Of a stretch of 64,000 bases of DNA, positions 12,801-27,800 are shown piece after piece. The number at the start of each line of letters is the position of its first letter. Within the stretch, counting starts at the first letter, position 1. Position numbers and translations under genes: made by a program. The stretch is taken from positions 28,892,001 to 28,956,000 of the forward strand of contig CM069159.1 in the NCBI GenBank assembly GCA_035221665.1, read 5' to 3'. This stretch comes from Okamejei kenojei (lineage: Eukaryota). The notes beneath the pieces are model-generated. The model made no database searches, was not told where the DNA came from, and saw only the letters and a list, made by a program, of their open reading frames with translations.

Positions 12801-15800
12801 CTATCTGCATGCCCTGAAATTAATAAAAGAAAAGAAAGTAAGTTTCACTGTCAGATGTTTTAAATACTATTGACATATTCCTTATTTTGCAAATTAATTC
12901 TTTGATATGAAATACCAAAAACAGAACAATTAAATTCTTACTTGCAGCAGGGTAACAGGTCTGCAAAAACATGACATGGATAACACAACACAGTAATATT
13001 ACATTGCATTGTTTGGACAAAGCAACAAATCTATTGAAGTTACACAAAAGGCTGGAGAAACAGAGTGAAGGAGATAGGTGACGTTTCGGGTCGAGACCCT
13101 TCTTCAGACTGGATTGAAGTGTTCTCCTTGAATAATAGAAGTCAATTGCTCTTATATATGCACCAAATTTAGTTTATCTTTAAATTTCTTCATAGAGACT
13201 GCAGTGTACAGTTCCAGATTCCTTACAGATGACTGTACTTTAAAATCTCTAAGCTATACTTGGCGCTGATAGAAAGTTCAGTCATTTATGTTTTTTCCTA
13301 ATATCTTGCTATTTTGTGGTTTTACATTTTTATGTAGAAAGGTCAAGTTGTCAGTCCAGACTGTTGCAACAGAGAAGAATTGTTTTCTTTTCTCAGCATT
13401 GACTGGGTTATATCCTTCCGACAATAGTTGAAAGGAAATAGTCTTTTGTGGTCATAACAAATCTGAAACATTGTCTGAAACTTTCTATCCATGAAATGCT
13501 CCCTGGAATTGATTTAATTTTAAAATGATGAAATGTGTCAAGAGCATAACTTCTAATGAAGTGTCAGATGTCCACAAATTATATGCTGATGTCTCAAAAA
13601 CGTATTGCCGTTTTACGGAGATGAATTTATCGTGAGATACTACTCAGACATGCATGTTGCACTCTTAGCACCTCTAATTTGATTGCTGCTCAGTTTTGGC
13701 TTTTTCCTGTGCTTTTCAGTTGAATTTTTCTTCGCAGCTCTTTCCACCATCATGCTAAAGATCCTGAGTATTTAATTAATTTGCACATTTGTTTCTAAGT
13801 CCCATTATTTAGTAAAAGGGGCTTGTATATGAAAGTGATACTGAGACCAATTTGGCAAAATAATTATTTGTAGGAAAAGGAACTGGATAGAGTTGAAAAA
13901 GAACATTGCAAGGGCAATATTACAGCTAGAATACGTAGAAAATGTTTTTTGTTGATGGAATTTAGATTTCTTTTGCGAGGCATTCAGATTGTCAGCAAAC
14001 CATAGATTATCAAGAGTCGGGTCCAGAGTGTTTAATTGTCAAATGTACCAAAAACTGAACAATTAAATTCTTACTTGCAGCAGCGTAACAGGTCTGTAAA
14101 CATTACTTATAGATAACACAACAAACACAATAAATTTAAGTACATTTTAAAAATATTCTGATTTTTTTTCTTGTTGGATCCTTGAAGACCTGTGTAGAAG
14201 CATGATAGGGTGATCATATGCTTAGATTTGGGGGAGAATGATGAGTGTACAGTCTTCATTATCTTCCCTCTGCACTCACTGCTGATGCAATAACTCGACC
14301 AGAAAGGTCAATCATTCTTTTGCCTCCGCAACCTGCTGACTTTTTCCAACTTTTCTTATTGCTCCAAATTCGAGCATCTGAGGTTTATTGTGTCTCTGAA
14401 CAGAATATTAGATGTTAGTCTATTTATTAATTGCATTTGATTTTCCATTACAGGTGTACAACTTGACTACCATGGAGTACATACTCATTGAGTATGCCTG
14501 TGGCTTGGCCTTTCTGGGAAATAATTTAATTCAGGTGTGAACTTTTATTCTTCAATGATAGTGGGATGGGTCATCAAACTTTGCCTAAATGAAAGCTAGA
14601 TTATAACATGCAATACAATTTTATATAATTTCCATTGATGACAGCACCAAGTTTCCCTCTGAATAGTGATATATGGCCCATCATTAAAACATAATTAAAC
14701 AAAATAATACATTTGATGAATAGAATTACTTCCCATAACCCATCTTGGCACTTCTCCCTCCTCCTTTAAGATTCATTAAAGCCTATCACTGATCAAGCCA
14801 TCCAGTCCAATATCTCCTTTATATGTGTTGTATAAAACTTGATTTGCTATTTCTGCAGAGAATTATCCTGAGGATGTTGGAGATGCTAGATAAACAAATA
14901 TATAACCGTTCTACATTAGAATTGCTAGATGGTATTGGAGGCTAATTTCATTTCCCATTTTTACTGGAGCCACTAGAAGGGAAGTTTTCCCCTGCGTACA
15001 TGGCAAGGAAATAATATTGCTGCATTAATAAATAATTGATAAAGAATTTTTGTAATGGGTTTAAGTCACTGGATAAGAACGATACTTTAAAGCAACATCA
15101 ATAAAATATACTGCAGTACTTCAAGTGAACTGTTGTAGGCTAAACTACATTACCTTCTTACAGTAGAGAATGTTATGAAGTTGAGGGTGAGACATAATTT
15201 GTTTTTTTCTCCTGAATTTATTGATGGTTTTAGGATGTTTTAGAGGCTGAACGGCACTTTAAGAACATTTTTGATGAGTTCAGTGATGAAGATTGCAGCC
15301 ACTTCACCTGCCTCTCGTATTATGGTCTAAGCCGCGTCCACATCCGATGGAACAGGTATGTGCTTTACTTATGGAAAATTGTGATTTTCATTTCCAAATG
15401 GCTCATGGAATAGCTGTATCATTAAAGATATTCATAGCACTCTGAGCAATGCATACTAATGGGGCAGATTTTAAAGAAGGTCTTATTTTATTGCTGTTGG
15501 CTTTCCATCTTGACCAAGAACCAAATTAACTGAACTGTCATCTATTCAAAAATTCCTTTCCAAAACCAGAGAAATTAGGTATTAGGGGGATGCTCTGGTT
15601 TTTGTATTTTTGTCTCACAAAGGAACAGGAATACAAGAATGTTTTTGCCTTGTTACATTTAACTCGATAATTTACTTCTAGATATAAAGAAGCAAGATCA
15701 TCTGTGCAGGAGTCTCTGAAGCTGGTTGAAAGTGATTTAGTCCCAGGACTTCAGACCTGGCCAGGCACAGATACTGTAATTGAAGAAACCAGGGATGGTG

Positions 15801-18800
15801 TATTGAAAGTAAGGAATGCCCATGTGTTAGTCCAATTATTTTTTACTCATGATAGATTTATGTAGGATTATAAAGTTGTATACGATTCAAAGAAAAACTC
15901 CAGAAGCTGGAAATTTGGAACCAAAACAGAAAATGCTGGAAAGATTCAACAAATTCAACAAATGCAGTATCAGCAGAATGGTTTCTCAGTGGTTTATTTA
16001 TTTTTCGGGTCTGCAAGTGACAAAGGATTGCAGACCAGTAACAGAAATGTTTCTCCCTCCACAGATGCTGATTAACCTGCAGAATTTTTCCAGCATATTC
16101 TGTTTTGTTTCTGAATGTAAAAATTACGTTCCTTTTTATTTTTGCTGATGCCTTTGTGGTGCACAATCATTGCAATCTGAGCTGCTGAATTAATATATTC
16201 AGTAAGTGAAAAGTTGTTTTTTTAAACAATGTTAAATTCTTAGAATCCATGCTGAATAAAATTGAATTTTGTTATTTGATATATTTTTGACTTTCAAGTT
16301 TAGTGTTCCTGTGCATAAATGTATTGAGAGCATGACTGGGTAATCAATAATTTGAGAAAGATCCCTGAGAAAAATAAAGTTAGTGATATTTAATATGACA
16401 GTGGTTACATCTATTTGCTGTTAGGTTTGCACAAGCTGCGTTTGAAAAAAAATCTAGAAAATATTTAAAGCGTGGGATTTTCTGGCATGCTGTATTCTTT
16501 ATGAGCTGGTTAAAACGCAGTTGGGAATGAAATACTTTTGCTGACCTGACAATCCAGGATTCAGAAACACTAATTTCTTTTGAAAGAAAAGTACTCAGTG
16601 GGTGAGTTTGAGAGCTAAATTCATCCAGATTGGATGTGAACAAGAAAAAACACATTCATATTATTCTAAGTGACTTTTGGTTTTGGCAATTAAAAGACAT
16701 ACCTCGGAGTTTAACACTTGCTCAATGCTTGATGATGGAGAACATGGAGAACATGGATATTTACAGAATGGAGATGATGCAATGGAATACAAATACACCA
16801 CATATTCACTTTAGATGTAAGTTTATTCAGAGAGGCACCAATCAAAAGGGAAACAGTAGAAAGTGACCAGGACTCTAGACCCTGACAGCATTTGGACTAT
16901 CCTTCCCTTGTTCAAGTGATAGCTTTTTGGACCGATAGCCTCATTAGAATTTCAAACACTTATGGGCAGAGTGCTGCGGATAGAAGTGAATTTGGACGTT
17001 GAAACAGAATTGCAGATGCTAGTTTACAAAAAATGTCGTAAAGTGTTGGAGTAACTCAACAGATCAGGCAGTATCTCCGGAGAACATGGATGACACAAAG
17101 TGTATGTTCTCCAGAAATGCTGCCTGACCTGCTGAGATACTCCAGCACTTTATGTCTGAAATCAGGTGTTGATGAGGAAAGTTACTGGTGGACTTGTTCA
17201 TCTAGTTACATGTAATTCATAACCCTGGGGATAAAGATTGACTGGATTTATCTTCAGTTGTCTTCCACTTGAGGGGCTTGTTTGAACAGGACTCTTAGGA
17301 ATTTGCAGTTACTCAATTCTACCCTTTGTGCAATAGATTCCTTGTTCAAGATTAAATGCTCAACATAGACTTGTTCATTGCTTGTTTACACAAGCTACAT
17401 TTAAAATAAATTCCATGACATACATTTATAGGGTGGGACCATTTGAGAAGCAGTTTTTTCCCCCATTCCATCGCTATTAATTATGTGAAATATATTGCTG
17501 TATCTCAAGTTACATTTATTTCCATTAAATGGAATAAACCGGCTATATTCACCTTCCAGATTTGACTGTTGAGACTTTGCCAGTGGGTCCAGGTGCTTTG
17601 ACATCCAAGATGAAAAGTCAAATCTGCCTGAGGGTTTACAATGGGCATCAGTGGCTGACACAATTATTGTTGATGAGGCCTGTCGATCTCTTCTGACCAA
17701 CTGGTTGGTGCAGAGGACAACACTGGTTAGGCCATGACCAGCTTTAGCTTCAGAATTCTGCTGTTCTACTCAGTTGCAGGATGCCACAACCAACAAGGTT
17801 ATGCATTGGTTGCTGTGAGTTTGTCCTGCTTGGGTGGAATAATCCCAATTCTGGCCTGATGGCATCATTGATTTCTGAATTATTTCATTGAAATTGCAAT
17901 GTGACTGAGCTGGGATAAACCAATTTGCCATTGTCTGGGGGTTAAAAGCGTTTCCTTTAAAGTAATTCTGTTAAGTTAAATGTTTGTACAGCTGGTACCT
18001 GTGGAAGTCTGGTAAATATATCGTATTTACAGTGTCGCAGCTGGTAGAGCTGCTGCCTCACAACTGGGAGCCACTGTCTCACAGAGACCCGGGTTGGATT
18101 ATGACCTTGGATGCTGTCTGTAAGAAGTTTGCACGTTCTCCGTGTTTGTGTGCGTTTCCTCTGAGTGCTCCAGTTTCCTCCCACATCCCAAAGATGCTCA
18201 GATTTGTAGGTTAATTGGCTTCTGTAAATTGCCCCTGGTGTCTAAGGAATGGATGTGAAAGTGGGATAACATAGATTAGTATGAACGGATGGTCGATGAT
18301 CAGTATGGACTTGGTGCGTTGAAGGGCTTGCTTCCATGCTGTATTCTCAAAACTAAGTTAAAAGCAAACGTGCAATGAAGAGCCCTGAGCAGATTTTTTG
18401 TTGTTGTAACAAAACAATTATTATTTATAGCTTGCAATTTTAATTGTCATTATTTTTGTGCTAAATTACCTTGTTGTATTTTATGATCTAGGACCTGTTG
18501 AACTCGCTTCTTAAAGAGTGTTTGTGTCCACCGAGACCTGATGCTGTTTGCCTTTATCGATTCTGTAGCACCCATAACAACAAATGTGACATTTATAGGT
18601 CCGATCCTGATTTCAAGGTATGGTTTTTTAAAATTTATATGCCGGTAAATGTCAGTGATAAGTTGATGTTCATTTGGATTGTCATAAAGTCAAAGTTGTG
18701 AAATGCAGTGTTAAATTAGGGTGCTGTAGACCTTTTCCAGCTTTCTTCACCCAACCCCGTCCTCCCCAAGAATCAGACTGAAGAAGGGTCTTGAACCGAA

Positions 18801-21800
18801 ACATCACCTATCCATGTTCTCCAGAGATGCTGCCTGCCAAAGGTCACTCCAGAACTTTGTGTCCTTTGTACAGTTCTAGGCTGTTTAGGAACAATATTCC
18901 ATTTTAAAACTAGGCGCTTCGTGATGTCTTTATTTTGTTTTTATGTTCATGAATGCTGTTCAGCTTTATTGTAGTATTAAAATTGTTATTTAAAAGGGTA
19001 GGCAGATGAAATAAAATCCAGTACTTTTTTTTAAAGGTTTAAGTAAATCACAGTACTTGTGATTTACAATAATTTATTTCCTAGCAATTCTCATTTAATC
19101 AGTTATCCCACACCCAAGGGATACTAGATGGCTGACTACACTGTATAGAGTTATTAAAAGATGCACTTTCTCTTTCTATAGGGCTTTGTCCGAGTTCATT
19201 GCAGCTATGATTGCCATATCGAGTACCATTTATACTGTTGGAAACGTTGCAAAATTAAAGAGTTCCAAGATAAAATTGAAAAAGTAAGTATTTATAAGTT
19301 ATACAGCATGGACATAGGCCCTTTGGCCTAACTTGGCCATGCTGAGCAAAATGCCTATCTAAGCTACTCTCATTTGCCTTCATTTGACTCTTATCCCTCT
19401 AAACCTTTCCTTGCCTCTTGCAATGTTTCTCTGTTTGGAAGTAGTGTGTTAAAGGACTCGAATGATAAATCATCTATTGGCTACAGTCAGATTAGATAAT
19501 TTTTCTAACAAAGATATGAGACTGAAAACAATGCTTTGAAAGGCCAGAGAATCTGGGGGTATGACCAAATTGCAGGTCTTTGCTGTTATCATAGATTAAC
19601 AAAAGTCTTATTTCCTGCTTGGTGTCATGATAAAAGTAAATGTATTTTGTGTACCTTTCACTTCTAAAACTGATTTTGCTTGAAAATGTTGCAGGATATT
19701 CTGGGTTTGGACTGCCTTACGCCTGACTGTATGGGGTGTATCTGGAAGGTTGACATTTTTCAGGATTCACGGCAAAAGACGGTGAGTTTCCAAGCCCTCA
19801 GGTGTCATGGAACATAGAACAAACAGTACAACACGTGAACAGGCCCTTTGGCCCACAATGTCTGTGTCAGACATTATGCCAAGTTAAACTCTCAGCTGTG
19901 TCATAAACAGCAAGTGATTATTTTCAGCTTTTACTGTGAAAGGATTTGTAATTTATGATTCCATTAGTGTAGCGGATTCCATTAGGATGTAATCAAATGG
20001 TGGGAAGTGTTTTTACTTGAGAAAGAAAATCATGGAATAGTTACAATAAAACAATAAAATTCCATGAAAAAATTGATTTATGTTCATTAGAAATCAAACC
20101 TGTCTTCCTCACTTCATCTTGCCCTCACTGATCCCGCATTTTCTGGGTTTCATATTTCTTAACTACCCACTGAAGTTACTTAGCTGTTCACGTATTTTGA
20201 GGGCAATTAGGGATGCTGATCTAGCCATGCATCTCTACATATTAAAAAAAGATCCCTGTAATACCCATGACATTTTAAAGGTAGCAATCACGTTATAAAA
20301 TGAGATCGCCTTATACAATTTGGAAAGAGGAAGTATATTACTCCCTTTGTAGTAAATCCCTGAATTCAGCAACAAGTTTTCGGACTTAGAATGGTGACTT
20401 TATTATGGAATAAGTTAGCAACTTATACACACTCTATATCTGTTGCAGATTGAAGGTTCCAAATCAAAGGAGAATAAAAGTGGCAGGAATACAGCAAACA
20501 AACAGACTGGTAACGTGTAAGTTCAATTATTAACTTTAATTTGAGTAATTTTATAAACATACAAATTCAGAGTACAATATTCAGAAATTATTGAAATTTG
20601 TAAACAAATAGTGGACAGAAAAATCGGGGCAAGGTCTGGGACGCTATATTTGTGGGCTTGTTCTTCTGCTGCCACCTTGATTGTTGTACAACTTTGCAGG
20701 TGCTGATCAACATGGCCCCAAACTTTAAGTTTTGGTTCTTGTTGGTACTGATTCGTTGTTGAAAATTGGAGGATTCTTTTCCCCCTCAAACTGTTGTGAA
20801 TGTTGTGTGAAGCGTACATGATTGGCATGGCTATGGGGACCTGGGTCCTGATGGTTTATATCACCACCCAAAACTGCTCATTATTTGTAATCCAGCCTCT
20901 CCCTCTAATGTAGTATACACAAATTTGTCATCTGTACTTTAGTCGCTTAGCTGGATTCGTGCAATCTATTTCATAGTTAGCATGGCCTCCATTTTGCAGA
21001 GAAATGATGGTGAAACCTTGGCTTACTGCAGTGAATAACTGAAAGCAACTTTCAAATTTATCTATGACTGAAAACGGAGGGTGGGAATGGCCCATTTGTA
21101 GGTTTTTTTTGTCCAAATTATAGATTAGATTAGATTCAACTTTATTGTCATTGCACACAGTACAAGTACAGTACAACAAAATGCAGTTTTGCATCTAACC
21201 AGGGTGCAAAGTAGTAAAGTGCTGATTAAGACAATATATACAAATGAGGATATATTGATGTTTGTACATAGGCTTATACATATATACAGATAGTTGTTAA
21301 GGTGCAAAAGATTGACGTGTGCTATATTCTGGTGAATAAGAGCTTAACTATAAATTATATAAACTATAAATAATACTGATGAGAAGGGGGGGGGGGGGGG
21401 CTAGTGCTGGGCCTGTGAGTTCAGCAGGGTAATGGTGTTGGGGAAGAAGCTGTTCCTCAGCCTGCTGGCGCGAGACATGAGGCTCCTTTACCGCCTCCCT
21501 GATGGGAGGAAGGCAGACAGTCCATGGTTGGGGTGTGAGGGGGCCTTAATAATTTTGCCAGCCCGTCTCAGACACCGTGTGCGGTGAAGGACAGCCATGG
21601 CAGGGAGGGGGGCACCGATGATGGACGTTGCAGTGCCTTCCTGTCAGCTGTGGTGCAGCCGCTGTACCACACCCGTGAAGCAGGTGGTCAGGATGCTTTC
21701 TATAGTACAGCGGTAGAAGTTGGACAGGTTCTGAGGGGACAGGTGAGCTTTCTTAAGCCTCCTCAGAAAGTAGAGGCGCTGCTGCGCCTTTTTTATCAGT

Positions 21801-24800
21801 TTGGCGGTGTTGAGGGACCAGGACAGATTCTCAGAGATGTGTATCCCGAGGAATTTGAAGTTGGTCTATACTCTGACCCCAGGCACTTCACAGAATCCAT
21901 TGAGAGTCCTATGTTGTAATTGCCCATCCACCTCGCCCCCACCCCGATGTTACCTTCAAAGAACATATTGACAGGTCAGGGGAATATACACCAGCTCTCT
22001 GCATTAGGGCTTAGATGGACCAGTTCTACTGCATGTTTGTGGATTGGTTTCTCTGGACTCCATGTACCTGATACCATTACATTTTGGAAAGATGCAAAGC
22101 CTTGGTGCAATTGATGCAGTACGGAAACAGTGCAAGACCAGTCAATACTTCCAATGGAGGCCAGTGGTGAGCTTTGGGCTTGGTATCATTTGCCTTGGTA
22201 TCAAAGACTTGCTCTGCAGGCAGGTCCAGAGAGTGGTTTTCAACGTAATTCGTGAAAGATTTCATGTGTTCTATGCCTAAATTCACATGTCAGGAAGCAC
22301 AGAATGAGAAAACCAAAATCAATGCAGCTGCAAAGTAAAATTGCATATTTATTGAATTGGGAATCTGTTCTATGGAAGAAAGTAATTGCATTGTTTTAAC
22401 CTCAATAAATAGTTTATTTTAAAGCTTTTTTAGAATCTATGGTCAATACTGCCTGTGTTTCTATGTTTAGTTTAAACTTGAAGAAGATTGCCAGGAAAAA
22501 AGAAAAGAAGCATCAGCATCCAGGAAAACCGTCATCAAACATCCACCAGGAACAAACTGGTGAGTAATTTAACAACAGTTACGTATGTCAACAATCATCT
22601 TGACCATTCATATGCAATATACTCTTTGTTAACATGGAGAACTTGATTGTTCTTAGCATGATGGTTATATGCTTTAGCCAGATTAGCAAGTGAGATGGGG
22701 GAAAATATCAAGGGAGTGTGGAGTTGACTCTGTTTAGTTGGGATTTGAGAAGTTGATTCCTTGTGTTTCCTGAGAGAGTTCAGTATATACGTGATGTGGT
22801 ACATTAAAACTATAGATTTTATAACAAAACTTTCTCTCACTGATCATCAAGGTCTCAGCTTTAAGACATTCACCAAAAGAAAGGTTAAAAAAAATAATAG
22901 GTCCATCCATCAACTTCTGTCCATTGTTGAGATTGAGAAACTACACATTGGTGTTGCGTTTAACCATGGTAAGATGCAAATGGCAGATGGCTGCATCCTT
23001 TGCATCTTGTTCAATGCAAATCAGCAGGAAATTGGCTGATTCCCACCAAACAGGCCGGTTCAGTCATTCAGTCAGGCCAGGAGAAGTAGAGCTTGGGAAA
23101 GGGGATTGAGTACGCTAACAACAAGCCAGAGTTCTTCCATTGTAGGTAACTGGAGCACCACAGCTGGTTTTGAGAATAACAAACATTTCTCTGTTGCTTT
23201 TTGAGTGGCCTTTAGTGACTTTAAGACGCAGCTTAAGCTGCAGCACCTGATACTGAACGGCTACATTACACTGTTTAAATGTTTTGTGTTTTTGTCTTTA
23301 TTAACTTGAGATTCTGGGGGTGGGGGGGGGAAGCCCTTCAGGACCCTTAATTGGAATGACCTTGATCAACAAATCGGTTTTGTTTTGAGAATCCTGCGTC
23401 ATTAAAATAGTTTAAAATGTCAACATTTTCAGCACACATTTCGAAGTTTAAAATGAAGCAAGATCAAAAAAGAATGATGTTGATTTGATCTTTAATACTG
23501 TGGCTCCAAGAACAAGGGCAAAGCCTGATAACTTTTGAGCATTTTTTTATTTTTAATATAGATGCCCCAAACAAAAAGCCTGATCAGAGTGAATTGAAGG
23601 TAAAGTGAATATCTTGTTCTAATTTAATTGTAAGATTATTGCATTAAAGCTGTATTTTTCTCCCCTTTTCCTTCACCTATTTCAGAGTAGAAGTTTAAAC
23701 TGCTGCAGAAATTATAAACAACACTCTAACAATGTTTAATGTTTTGGGAGTATTATGCATCCTGTATAAAATGTATTTGTTAGCATAAAGCTTAAATTAG
23801 CAACAGTACATATCCTTTCCATCCCATTTAGTGGTATCTCCATTGCTAATAAGAGCCATGGTTCACTGCCAGATACTTTTAATTTCTGGAAGAAAAAAAA
23901 GATAAGTGTAGTGCTAAACTCAAAATTCATGTTGAGATTTAGTGAAACTATAGATGTTGGCTGCAGTTGATGGTATAGTAACAGCATAATAATGAAGATG
24001 TGGTTAATGTGTGAAAGCAGGATTGTATCAGTTGATTGAAGTGTAATTATAAAACACGGAGGGAAGGTGAATGTTATTTCTCTCCCTTGCGGAATGTTGG
24101 TCCTTCCACAAGCATCAGAGAAAGGGCTGTTGATAATGAGAAAAGCCACTGTTATATTTGAGGTTCTAATTTTTAAGCATTAGATTGGTAATTTAAAGCA
24201 CTGAATATGAATTTGTTATAAATATGTAAGGCTTCTGTTCTGGCTCTCCAGATTCTAAAAATGGAAATAACACTTGCAATTATTCACACTTTTACTCTAC
24301 AACAGGGGTTCTTGCTGGCAAATTTTTCAATGACAGTACATGTTCTTAGAAGAAGTCTGTCAATGTCTTGTTCAATCATTAATATTCTTTAGTGAAACAC
24401 ATAGTGCTGAAGTAAGTGGATCAGATTGCATCTCTGGGGGAAATGGTCAGGTGACGTTTTGGGTCTTGACCCTTCTCTGCCAATATTCTTTATCCAGTTG
24501 TCTTCTGAATATACTTTGTTTTTGTCAATTTCCAACAGGATGAAACACTTGGAGCCAGAAAGAAGGAAGTCAAAATCAAGGTAGTTTAAGTTTTCTTTAA
24601 TGTTAGACTAATCTGATCCTTCAATCTTAATTATAAAATATATTGATCAATATCTTCAGAGTATAATTATTGTTCAGTTGAATTGTGAATAACTGCACAA
24701 ACAACCATATTGATATATCAATACATCTGGTTCATTCATATCCATCAAGGAAGCCGTCTGTCATTTTTATGTGGCCTTGCCAATTGTGTGACCGCAGATT

Positions 24801-27800
24801 ATCAAGGTTTTCTCTCAAGTGCCTTCTGAGAAGACACTTAGCTGTAACCACCACAAACAAAAGAATATCTGCAACAAACCCGGACACAACAGTCACTCCA
24901 CATCCACTCAAGCGTGCAAAGTCCATATAAACATCTAGTGCCCAAATCGGAAGACCTCTACCTCAGGACCGTCGAGAAGCAATATAGCATTACCAATTTG
25001 TCACAAACTCATAACGAGTAGGCAGTGTGTCGGACTAATCCATTACAATCCCTGGAAAGTCTTGGCCCACCGACAGAACAGACTCAGCTGGGGCGACAGC
25101 ATTGTGGTATGCAAGTGGAAGGGAGTATCTCTTAAACTGTGGCTCCATATCCGATGAGCTCATGTGACATTAAGTCAAATGTGGTAAAGAGTCGTCCTAA
25201 ATGCTACCCAACAGCCTGCCTGGCCACATGAACTAGTAGTTCTTCATGCCGGAAAATACATTGAAGAAGGAAGACTGAAGGTAGCAAGGGCAAGGAATCT
25301 ACTTTGGCTGCGATCTTCAGAGTCCATCTCCAAGAATGGATTGTTGGTCCTTGGCTTCCTTTTTGAGACAACGCCTCTTATAGATCCCTTCAATTGTGGG
25401 GAAGTCAGTACCCGTGATAGATTGAGCAGTACTTTTTGTAATTTCCTTCATTCATAGGTGTTTGACTACCCTTCCATCATAAGATCACAAGTCAAGATGT
25501 TCAATTCCTTTCACAGCTCCTCAAATGAAGTAGTTTAAAACTGCATGCTTGACAACATTTGGAAATTGGGCATTAGGTGGCAAGTAACATTCACGCCACA
25601 GAAGTGCTAGACGGTGACCGTTACTAATTGAGTTTCAACACCTACCCTTGGCATTGTGAAACTGGTAGAAACGATTAGTGGCTGACACGCCAACAGTCTG
25701 TCTCGTCCTTTTCCTTCTTTGTTGTTTTATAGTATGTGTTAAATGTATGTTTTAGTGTTCTCTAGCTTGTTTTATGTCAGGGGGTTGGGGAAAACTTTTT
25801 TAAAACTCTTACCTCGACGGAGATGCAACTTTATCTGTATCGTATCTCTGTCTGCACTGCGGACTACCATCGTGCAGTTGGCGGCCTCTTGCTGGGGACT
25901 GACCTTGGAAGCTCCAACCATGGGAGCCTATGGTCTTTAACATCGTGGAGTTCACGATTTCGGGAGTTCCAGGCTGCGGGAATTTCGACTGCTCCGACTG
26001 CGGATGGTTTGACTGCCCTGACCTCGGGAGAATAAAGAGGGGAAGAAGATTAGACTTTATTACCTTCCAACACAGTGAGGGATGTGGACTCCACTGTGGT
26101 GGATGTTTGTTAACCTTTATGTAGTTGTGTGACTTCTTGCTTTTTTTAAAGCATTAGTATACCGTACATGTGACAATAAAATACCTTTTAATCTTTGATT
26201 ATTAAAGACTTGGGTGCTGTTATCTCAAATATTCGAATAAAGCTGCAAAGAGTAATATAGCAAAGACTAATATAGGACCTGACTTCTAACCAATTTAAAC
26301 TGCATCTGCGTACACTTGGTCTAAATCCCTCCATTACCTGTCTCTTCAAGTGCCTGTATATATTTCCCTTGGACATTGCTATCGTATTGTTTTCACCGTT
26401 TCCACAGGCATTGCATTTCAAGCACCTTCTGACAGGTGTAAAAATAATAATTGTCCGCCAAATCTTTCTGCAGAAAAGTTCTTCAGTATCTTAATTATTA
26501 CATGATATAATCTGTTATTAAAACGTTCTCATTTTTATTTGTTTTTTTCCCCACTTTCAGAAAAATGTAGGTCCTCCAAATGAATGGATAAAAAATGATA
26601 AAACCGGGTAAGAATTTAAAGTTTGTTAAAGGATATACAGGTATTAAGTCATTCCTCTATGAGCAGTGAAGTTATAGAATAAGCTAGTGAGTGAGCATTT
26701 ATGTGGCTGATGGTTGTAACAAATTGGCAATGGTAACTTCACGTGCTGTTCTGACACTTGTCTGCTGATGAATAGCTGAACTGAGATGAATCTAACTCGC
26801 TGCCTATTTCTCCTGCCCACTCACACGTATCTGGTATGGTTAATTGCAGCTTTTGCTTAACTGATGTCCCTGCATTTGCGAGTTTAAATGGGACTGCTGG
26901 CCATCTTTTGCTGCCCTGTTAAACTCTTATTGCAGATAGTTCTGCTGGAATGTGTTTCCTTACCAGGAACTGGATGTAACACAATAGATGAATTATGCCT
27001 GTTATAATGGGAACTGGAGAACTACGTGAAAGCTATAAATTGACAAACAGGAAAGAAAAAGCTGTCCTGAAGTAAAAGTGTATAGTGTAAGGATAAGTGT
27101 AAGGTCTTTTAGGACCGAGATGAGAAAATCATTTTTCACACAGAGAGTGGTGAATCTGTGGAATTCTCTGCCACAGAAGCCAGTTCATTGGCTATATTTA
27201 AGAGGGTTAGATGTGGCCCTTGTGGCTAAAGGGATCAAGGGGTATGGAGAGAAGGCAGGTACAGGATACTGAGTTGGATGATCAGCCATGATCATATTGA
27301 ATGGCGTTGCAGGCTCGAAGGGCTGAATGGCCTACTCCTGCACCTATTTTCTATGTTTCTATGTGTAAGGGGGGGAAATAAATTCCTGGTAACCTTCCCG
27401 TAGCAATCTGGCAGAACAAGAAATGGTCATAGAAATTGACAGGCATTAGTTTCTATTGACTCAAAAAAAACACAGCGACTACAAATACTGATATTTTTTG
27501 AACATTTTGCAGGGAAATAACCCAATTTTCCCCATTGACACAATTGTATTTACAATACAATTCTGTTAGAAACGCAACAATGGCATTAGAGAAGAAAATA
27601 TTGCCACATATTACTTTCAACTCTCATTCTTTTAATTATATGGTTAGGTTGTATATGTATTCCAATGCCAATTCACAAATGTGAGAATAGTATAGTTGAA
27701 ATTGGCAATTTCAAGTCGGCAGGCACTTTCTAGATTAAAGAGTGAGCTTTTATTTGTTATCCAGCATCATTCTACATGTAGTCTAGAATAAACTATGGTA

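Noticed and set aside
16425-16530. Candidate exon RFAQAAFEKKSRKYLKRGIFW
   Set aside because: Runs into a stop without a suitable donor; 15682-15808 fits phase and TTC3 motif better
17593-17735. Candidate exon containing NLPEGLQWASVADTIIVDE
   Set aside because: Poor acceptor, no clear donor, redundant with 15682-15808
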